Below, one piece after another: positions 1 to 5,339 of a stretch of 5,339 nt of DNA (position 1 is its first letter; every line of letters starts with the position of its first letter). The notes beneath the pieces are model-generated. The model had not been told where the DNA came from. It did not search any database and saw only the letters and a list, made by a program, of their open reading frames with translations. Made by a program: the position numbers and the translations under genes. The DNA is from a virus (lineage: Duplodnaviria; Heunggongvirae; Uroviricota; Caudoviricetes): IMG/VR virus record IMGVR_UViG_2548876867_000014, one strand, 5' to 3'.

Positions 1-270
<270 letters not shown>

Positions 271-293
271 TTACCGTTAAATCATTTTAAAAT

Positions 294-340
294 CAGTAAG
301 TTGTATCGAGTTTGTATGCTTTACTGTCATTAACTTACTG
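294..340. repeat. 9-bp perfect inverted repeat CAGTAAGTT (294-302) / AACTTACTG (332-340) with iterated TGTAT motifs in the yfhL-int intergenic region
   Basis: Read directly: the arms are exact reverse complements separated by 29 bp. TTGTAT/TGTATG recurs at 301-306, 312-318, 339-344 and 354-358. Function is unknown; possibilities are integrase arm/core sites or an operator. Confidence 0.4.
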
Positions 341-355
341 TATGTTGATCCAGTG
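336..355. promoter_or_regulatory. LexA (SOS) box-like sequence TACTGTATGTTGATCCAGTG
   Basis: CTGT-N8-cCAG, satisfying the CTG-N10-CAG core. The left half TACTGTAT is identical to the E. coli LexA consensus half-site (TACTGTATATATATACAGTA, from memory); the right half matches 6/8. It lies about 75 bp upstream of the yfhL ATG and about 120 bp upstream of the int ATG. Sequence-only call. Confidence 0.25.
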
Positions 356-475
356 TATTTAACCTTGATAAACTCAGTCCAGCAACACAAAACCGCAACA
401 CATTGCATTTTGTCCCGTAGAAAAGACTTGTATGTGTGAGCTTGTTTTCTGCGCCTACGCAGATAAGGATTGAGA

Positions 476-1873
476 ATGCCGCGCACTGTAACACATAATC
501 CGGATAGCCCCAATAATGACGATGTTTTAGCCGCTTCTGAAAAATGGGACGCCTGTAAACCCCCCTATACCAGCGCACACATGAAAATCTGTGTTGCTGC
601 CGCCAAAATCATCCTCGCTGCTTCCGGCGTGGCTCGCCGTTCCAAATACGAAAAAGAGAACTATCTCCGTATCGATTTCAGCAAAGCCGGTAAGGTTACA
701 TTTTACGCCGAGTTTCCAAAAAAGATGGGCCTCAAAGGTAAAAAGCTCGGCGAGTGGCCGGAGCTCGCTATCCAGCTGGCGCGCGAAAAAGCACTAGGTA
801 TGGCTGACGGTGGACTGCGGGCAGAGTCCGTACATGCAGCGCTGGAAATGTACCGGGATGACCTCAAAGCCAAAGTAGCCCGTCAGAAGCTGAGCCCGGA
901 CAGTTTCACAACCTACGGGGTGCGTATCGACCGGATTAAATCAACGTTCGGCGAGCGCGAGGTGTTCGGCGACGTAACATACAGTCGGCTGGTGGAAGTG
1001 CTGGACGAGTGGATCGCCACTCGCTCGAACAATAACGCCCTGGAGTTGTTTGCCGAGCTCCGTCGGTTCTGGAAGTTCTGCGCACCTACTCTTTGCAACG
1101 GCCGCAATGTTGCCGCCAGTCTGCCAGATGATTATGTTTCCTCCCGCGTACAGAAACCTACCCCCACACGGCTTTTTACCGATATTGAATCAATCGCCCG
1201 ACTCTGGCTCAATGTTGCTGCCTGCACCTCTGTACACCAGAAGAATGCTGTTCGCTTCATGATCATCACTGGTGTTCGTCCGATTAATGTCCATAACCTG
1301 CGCTGGGACTACGTTCACGAGGAGGCTGGTGAAATTGTTTATCCGGAAGGGGTTATCGGCATGCGAGGGGCTATGAAAACACAAAAGGCTTTCCGCCTGC
1401 CGATAACGCCTGAGATCCGGCGGATTATCGACGAGCAGAAAGCCTGGCGTGATTCAGTTCCTGAGTGCAACAGGGATTATGTATTTTTGCAGCCACGTGA
1501 TCCAATGCAGCCATTTTCAAAACGATCACTGGATAAGCTGGTGAAAACATACAGCCCGGACGGGGCTGTAAAAGGAATAAAACATGATGGGACTGTTAAA
1601 GGGAAAGACGGTGCATTTAATACGATGTGCCGTAAATTCCTTAAGAGCAATGTTATTGCCTTGATGAAGGAAAGAGGCTATTCCCGCTCAGACCGAAGGG
1701 AAATCAGCCTCCTTTGCCTTCACCACTCCAGCAAGTCAGATGACCCGATGGCAGAACATTACGACTTTTCTGATGAGATTTTACAGGAAGAGATTGCGTT
1801 GAAGCGCGAAGCTTTCGAGGCTCACGAGCGGAGCATACTTGCGCAGGTGGCATTGCTACGGCGGCGAGGTTAA
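476..1873 (+). CDS. int: Tyrosine recombinase / phage integrase, P4-like with N-terminal arm-binding domain
   Basis: Long ORF with ATG at 476 preceded by AAGGA (465-469) and a 6-nt spacer; the ORF track starts at an in-frame TTG at 470. The N-terminal stretch YLRIDFSKAGKVTFYAEF...LGEWPELAIQLAREKA resembles the DUF4102-type arm-binding domain of P4-family integrases. The C-terminal half has recombinase-like segments (ITGVRPINVHNLRW; HHSSKSDDPMAEHYDF with a candidate catalytic Tyr). TAA at 1871-1873. Confidence 0.82.
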   Translation: MPRTVTHNPDSPNNDDVLAASEKWDACKPPYTSAHMKICVAAAKIILAASGVARRSKYEKENYLRIDFSKAGKVTFYAEFPKKMGLKGKKLGEWPELAIQLAREKALGMADGGLRAESVHAALEMYRDDLKAKVARQKLSPDSFTTYGVRIDRIKSTFGEREVFGDVTYSRLVEVLDEWIATRSNNNALELFAELRRFWKFCAPTLCNGRNVAASLPDDYVSSRVQKPTPTRLFTDIESIARLWLNVAACTSVHQKNAVRFMIITGVRPINVHNLRWDYVHEEAGEIVYPEGVIGMRGAMKTQKAFRLPITPEIRRIIDEQKAWRDSVPECNRDYVFLQPRDPMQPFSKRSLDKLVKTYSPDGAVKGIKHDGTVKGKDGAFNTMCRKFLKSNVIALMKERGYSRSDRREISLLCLHHSSKSDDPMAEHYDFSDEILQEEIALKREAFEAHERSILAQVALLRRRG

Positions 1874-2070
1874 TACTGGCTGCGACATTTTTGAATAAAA
1901 GCGTCGACATTTCGGCGCTCATAACGAACTACTTTTGCACTGAAACGAATTGGTGCCAGGATAGCCCGATGACGATGCTTAATATTCAACTCACATAGCG
2001 TTTTCTGTGTAATACCTAACTTTTGGCATACTTCATCCGGGGTGAGTAAATCGTCGGGTTTCTCGCTCAT
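1870..2070 (-). CDS. AlpA/excisionase-family helix-turn-helix protein (putative Xis or small regulator)
   Basis: 66-codon ORF. LLTPDEVCQKLGITQKTL is the HTH typical of AlpA/Xis-type phage proteins. Its ATG (2070..2068) overlaps the helicase TGA (ATGA at 2067-2070), and its TAA (1872..1870) overlaps the integrase TAA (TTAA at 1870-1873). Confidence 0.72.
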   Translation of the reverse strand: MSEKPDDLLTPDEVCQKLGITQKTLCELNIKHRHRAILAPIRFSAKVVRYERRNVDAFIQKCRSQY

Positions 2071-3458
2071 GCTATACCTCTCTTTTTCATGGCATCGAGC
2101 AGGATGTCCTGCACTGTTCGTTTTGAGTTGCGCCGCTCCATCACCATTTCGTCCATAGTGTCGGCAGCAATAATGTGGTGAATAAATACCGGACGATTGT
2201 GTCCGGCCTGTATCTGTCTGGTTGGGCCGATACGTTCAATAATTTGCTGATATTGCTCCAGGTCCCACCAGTGTGAGAAAAATACCAGTATATTTCCGCC
2301 GTCCTGCATGTTCAGGCCGTGGCCCGCGCTGGCTGGGTGTGCAAAGAGAACAGGAATCTTTCCGGAATTCCAGTCGCGCAGTGTCTGTGGAGCCTGGTCG
2401 AGGTGACGACCGCGAGGGAATGCTTTAAGCAAGCGTTCAAGATCGTGTTTCCAGTGATAAGCAACCAGCACAGGTGCGCCAGCTGCTTCGGTCAGTATGC
2501 TGTCCAGCGCCTGTAGTTTGGTGTCATGCAGTTCTGACCAACTTCCGGTGTCATCTGTGTATACTGCGCCGCTGGCGATTTGCAGACACTTCAGTGTCTT
2601 TGCCGCGGCGTTCGGTGCTTCGATGCCTTCGCCATTCAGCTCGAGGAACATTTCCTTTTCCATTTCACGATACTGCTGACGGGCCTTCGGCGGCATATCC
2701 ACGCGGATTACGTTATGGATGGGGTCTTTGATATCGAACCAGTCGGCCGCATCCAGCGAGAGGGTCACATCGGCTAACGCTCGCTGTATTTCACCCTGTG
2801 AGTGAGCAAAAGGCTCCAGTTTGGTCCAGCTCTGCCCCGGAAACTGTATCGATTTGAACCAGCGTGAGGTAAACGCGCCGTAAGTGCGCCCGAGACGTTG
2901 CCCCTGGTCCACAAACCACGATTGTCCCCACAAATCTACCAGGCCGTTCGGTGCTGGCGTACCGGTGAGATTTATCCAGCGCCGGACATACTTGTGCGCC
3001 ACTTTGCCCAGCGCCGCCGCGCGCTTACCACCACCTCGCAGCCGGAAGGATTTTAGCCGGGTGCTTTCATCTGGAATGACAGTACCGAACGACCATCGTT
3101 CTCCCAATTCTTCAACCAGCCAGACAAGGTTATCGTAGTTGATTGTGAACACGCTCGCGTTGCTGTTCGCCAGCGCTGTAGAGCGCGCTTTGGCGTTACC
3201 GATGATCGGCTGTACCTCAATATTACGCAGATGCCCCCATTTAACAGCTTCATCAGGCCAAGTGCTTGCTGCAACGCGTAGCGGCGCGAGGACCAGCGCG
3301 GGGCGTGTTTCTGCTCCAGCCATGAAAAGATCTTCCAGCGTGGTGAGTGTCGCTACGGTTTTACCCATCCCCATCCCTGCCCAGATGTTGCCGCGCAGGG
3401 TCTCGATTTGATGATTGATGATGAGATCTTGGTAGGGACGTGGTTTAAAAGTTATCAT
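2067..3458 (-). CDS. SNF2/RAD54-family DNA helicase/ATPase (phage replication-recombination module)
   Basis: 463-codon ORF with ordered motifs: RPYQ (Q motif, residues 7-10), GMGKT (Walker A), DEST (motif II, DExx), LTGTPAPN (motif III), and a C-terminal lobe with QQIIERIGPTRQ (motif VI-like). Start ATG at 3458 is preceded by AGGGA about 8 nt upstream on the - strand. Confidence 0.85.
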   Translation of the reverse strand: MITFKPRPYQDLIINHQIETLRGNIWAGMGMGKTVATLTTLEDLFMAGAETRPALVLAPLRVAASTWPDEAVKWGHLRNIEVQPIIGNAKARSTALANSNASVFTINYDNLVWLVEELGERWSFGTVIPDESTRLKSFRLRGGGKRAAALGKVAHKYVRRWINLTGTPAPNGLVDLWGQSWFVDQGQRLGRTYGAFTSRWFKSIQFPGQSWTKLEPFAHSQGEIQRALADVTLSLDAADWFDIKDPIHNVIRVDMPPKARQQYREMEKEMFLELNGEGIEAPNAAAKTLKCLQIASGAVYTDDTGSWSELHDTKLQALDSILTEAAGAPVLVAYHWKHDLERLLKAFPRGRHLDQAPQTLRDWNSGKIPVLFAHPASAGHGLNMQDGGNILVFFSHWWDLEQYQQIIERIGPTRQIQAGHNRPVFIHHIIAADTMDEMVMERRNSKRTVQDILLDAMKKRGIA

Positions 3459-3481
3459 GAAGAAAATCCCTGATTAGAAAG

Positions 3482-4207
3482 GTGCTCTTGAACATCATGA
3501 ATGTAAAAGATTTATCAATTACAACGGTTCTCTTGGCCGCCCTTTATTTTATGGCTTTTTCTTTTTACAAAGGGTACAGCTCATTTTATGGATTCCCTGT
3601 AAGTTTTATTTCTATTGGGATTGAGGAAATAGTTAAATTTTCTGTTATTGCATTAGGACTTTTGTGCACCTTAGTCGCTTTGCTGCATATTGATACTGAA
3701 GAGAAGAATATTCCATGGTGGGTGTATTTATTTTTCTTCATTTTGGCCTCTTTGCTTTCATACTGGACAATGTATTTATATGGCGGTAGCTCATACCTTT
3801 ATGAAAAATCCATAAGGGATGTGGCTACCCAAGCAATACTGTTGGGATTTATTAGCCCTATCAGTGTCAGGGCAGTATCTGTTTTTATTAGGAATGAATT
3901 TAGAATAAAAAACAAAACTCATGGGGTTATGCTTTTTATATCCATAGCAATGCTTCCTTCAGTCCTTGGGTGGGCATGGGCATACTTATCAGATGAGCCT
4001 CTTTTTTATTCTAAAAAATATGATGCTTATATTATCGAAAGCTATAACGGAAAATTTGTCTTGGGGAACTGTAAAAAAAATAGCTCTGAATTTATGAGTG
4101 TCGAAGGAATTGAGGGGAAATTAATTCCTGTAAGCATAAAAGAAACACAACAACTAAAAGTATGTTTTTTAAAAGCTTCTAAGCTCAAGAAAAATCGCTC
4201 AGAATGA
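3482..4207 (+). CDS. Hypothetical multi-pass membrane protein, AT-rich moron; no recognisable catalytic motif
   Basis: ORF on the strand opposite to all flanking phage genes. Start is GTG 3482 or more likely ATG 3497 (MNVKDL...). Hand counts of sample 60-nt stretches give about one-third G+C (3541-3600), against about 65% in a helicase sample (3001-3060). About five hydrophobic segments: LSITTVLLAALYFMAFSFY, FSVIALGLLCTLVALLHI, IPWWVYLFFFILASLLSYWTMYLY, AILLGFISPISVRAVSVFI, GVMLFISIAMLPSVLGWAWAYL. These are followed by a roughly 70-aa hydrophilic, Lys-rich C-terminal region. Stop TGA at 4205-4207, 5 bp from the convergent VRR-NUC stop. Confidence 0.6.
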   Translation: MLLNIMNVKDLSITTVLLAALYFMAFSFYKGYSSFYGFPVSFISIGIEEIVKFSVIALGLLCTLVALLHIDTEEKNIPWWVYLFFFILASLLSYWTMYLYGGSSYLYEKSIRDVATQAILLGFISPISVRAVSVFIRNEFRIKNKTHGVMLFISIAMLPSVLGWAWAYLSDEPLFYSKKYDAYIIESYNGKFVLGNCKKNSSEFMSVEGIEGKLIPVSIKETQQLKVCFLKASKLKKNRSE

Positions 4208-4212
4208 TTGTC

Positions 4213-4482
4213 TCACAATATCCCCTCTAAATTTTTGCTATCCAGCACCACCACGGTAAAGCCCAGTTTTCGCAGACGTTCATGTTCGCGCAACTGGTCA
4301 GGCCGTGGTGGCTTGCCGGGAGATTTACATTCAACGAAAACGATACGACCGCCTGGTAGCAGGACAATGCGATCCGGTACCGAGCGGTGACCGGGAGATA
4401 CAAACTTAAAGGCCACTCCGCCAGCTTTTTTCACTTCAGCGACGAGGTGCTTTTCGATAAGGCTTTCACGTTCATAGGCCAT
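4213..4482 (-). CDS. VRR-NUC domain nuclease (PD-(D/E)xK superfamily)
   Basis: Signature SVPDRIVLL...IVFVECK (PD...E-x-K) followed by QLREHERLRKLGFTVVV, typical of VRR-NUC proteins. Start taken as ATG 4482 (MAYERE...), which overlaps the end of the upstream gene by 11 nt; an alternative in-frame ATG lies at 4509. Stop TGA at 4215..4213. Confidence 0.8.
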   Translation of the reverse strand: MAYERESLIEKHLVAEVKKAGGVAFKFVSPGHRSVPDRIVLLPGGRIVFVECKSPGKPPRPDQLREHERLRKLGFTVVVLDSKNLEGIL

Positions 4483-4771
4483 CTGAATCCCACTCTTCAA
4501 AAAGCACATTCAATTCCAGTTTCTCTGCCAACGCGTTTTCTGCACGTGCGCCAGCAGAGTACTCCCACTCTTTGAGCATATAAATCGTATCGGCACAGCG
4601 AAGCATTGCGAGGCAGATGTCCATGTACTGAGCCTGTGTCAAACCATTGGGTAAAGTTGCGGGGTTAAGCACAACATATCCCTTGTCCGTTAGCCTTTTT
4701 GCTGCGGAATGAAAGGCCGGGCGGTTAAATTGCTCGTAACCGCTCATCGGCCCGGCAACGTAAACGATCAT
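4472..4771 (-). CDS. DUF4406-like protein (nucleoside 2-deoxyribosyltransferase-like fold)
   Basis: 99-codon ORF. The N-terminus MIVYVAGPMSGYEQFNRPAF and overall size resemble DUF4406 proteins that I recall from phage genomes (memory-based, not searched). Its ATG overlaps the stop of the upstream ORF (ATGA at 4768-4771). Confidence 0.65.
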   Translation of the reverse strand: MIVYVAGPMSGYEQFNRPAFHSAAKRLTDKGYVVLNPATLPNGLTQAQYMDICLAMLRCADTIYMLKEWEYSAGARAENALAEKLELNVLFEEWDSDGL

Positions 4772-4983
4772 TCTTCGACCGCCTTACGCTTTTCACGCAT
4801 GTTCTGCATCAGGCAAAAATCAGATCTGCGTTCACTCCATTCCTGATTCAGTTCGTGATGTGATTCGCGGTTGGCTTTTGCCCAGACCTCCGCTGCCCGG
4901 TCATATTCGCCGGATTGTTCAAGTCGCAAAGCTTCCCTTGCAGCCCTGTAATAAAGTGGATTGTCCCGGTATTTAAATGACAT
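4768..4983 (-). CDS. Small hypothetical protein, tentatively ANR-family (AraC-negative-regulator, Aar-like)
   Basis: 71-codon ORF. The pattern A..EALRLEQSGEY..AAEVWAKA...N.EW..RR.DFC resembles small ANR-family proteins as I recall them. AAGGA lies 9 nt upstream of the ATG on the - strand. It is translationally coupled to the downstream gene. Family assignment is tentative. Confidence 0.5.
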   Translation of the reverse strand: MSFKYRDNPLYYRAAREALRLEQSGEYDRAAEVWAKANRESHHELNQEWSERRSDFCLMQNMREKRKAVEE

Positions 4984-4988
4984 AGGAG

Positions 4989-5339
4989 TTAATCCTTACG
5001 GTAGTGGTACGCCTCAAAACCGCCAGCGTTCAGTGGGATATCGGGCGCCCATTCGGGGTTAGTGGAGAGAAGTGCGGAAAGCGCTTTATCGTTGAAATCT
5101 TCTGTGTCAGGTGCTTCGGTGATCACCTCGTCGTGTACCGTCAGCACAATGCTGTAACCGGCATCTTCGATAAGCGGCATGTTTCCGGCCAGAATGTCGC
5201 GGGCGGCCGCCTGGGTGATGTTCTCCACCAGCTTTCCGCCGTAGGTTTTGAGTCGTTGCCATTTACGCGAATAAGAGTTAACCCCTAGACTGGCCCCCTG
5301 AATCTCCAGACAACCAGTATCACTTAAATAAGTGATAGT
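4989..5339 (-). CDS. Family-A DNA polymerase, C-terminal fragment (N-terminus lies beyond the window edge)
   Basis: The - strand frame is open from 5339 with no stop until TAA at 4991..4989, so the GTG at 5228 in the ORF track is probably internal. The C-terminus [11 protein letters not shown]...[15 protein letters not shown]...[17 protein letters not shown] aligns by eye with E. coli Pol I (recalled from memory: QGTAADIIK...MIMQVHDELVFE...DVPLLVEVGSGENWDQAH), including the motif C HDE. Confidence 0.62.
   Translation of the reverse strand, partial: TITYLSDTGCLEIQGASLGVNSYSRKWQRLKTYGGKLVENITQAAARDILAGNMPLIEDAGYSIVLTVHDEVITEAPDTEDFNDKALSALLSTNPEWAPDIPLNAGGFEAYHYRKD

Noticed and set aside
277-578. 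- strand ORFs 277..513 and 330..578 spanning the yfhL-int intergenic region
   Set aside because: They run through the intergenic regulatory region into the integrase 5' end on the wrong strand, with no convincing RBS. More likely an artefact of AT-rich intergenic sequence.
988-995. Chi sites: GCTGGTGG at 988-995 on the + strand, and a second on the - strand at 5232..5225
   Set aside because: Chi is frequent in enterobacterial genomes, so one per strand in 5.3 kb is close to expectation. Not evidence of a special feature without orientation and enrichment statistics.
591-1384. Short ORFs from the track (591..797 +, 913..1107 -, 1050..1262 +, 1190..1384 -) inside the integrase gene
   Set aside because: They lie entirely within, or antisense to, a long ORF with clear integrase features. 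Their translations are low-complexity and Ser/Arg/Pro-rich, typical of out-of-frame reads of GC-rich coding DNA.
2319-3411. + strand ORFs (2319..2516, 2474..2731, 2497..2679, 2580..2777, 2884..3138, 3139..3411) and 3053..3274 (-) within the SNF2 helicase region
   Set aside because: All are antisense or out of frame to a helicase ORF with correctly ordered motifs. No ribosome-binding sites or domain signatures were seen.
4208-4575. + strand ORFs 4208..4390 and 4387..4575 that appear to continue downstream of the moron
   Set aside because: They are antisense to the VRR-NUC and DUF4406 genes, whose PD-(D/E)xK and other motifs support the - strand reading. Their composition matches the GC-rich flank, not the AT-rich moron.
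5004-5288. + strand ORF 5004..5288 (94 aa)
   Set aside because: Antisense to the polymerase C-terminal coding region, which has a recognisable motif C. Judged spurious.

Overview
This window spans the junction between a chromosomal 2[4Fe-4S] ferredoxin gene (yfhL-like, so probably an Enterobacteriaceae host) and the integrase-proximal end of an integrated temperate-phage-like element. The element carries a P4-type tyrosine integrase on the + strand. On the - strand a tightly coupled operon runs toward it: the C-terminal end of a family-A DNA polymerase (truncated by the window edge), a small ANR-like protein, a DUF4406-like protein, a VRR-NUC nuclease, a SNF2-family helicase and an AlpA/Xis-like protein. 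One gene breaks this pattern: an AT-rich, + strand, multi-pass membrane protein ORF (3482..4207) sits between the helicase and the nuclease with no recognisable motif. It is the best candidate here for an undescribed accessory function such as superinfection exclusion, defence or lysogenic conversion. All identifications were made by eye from motifs and gene order; no database search or structure prediction was run, and the family names are recalled from memory.
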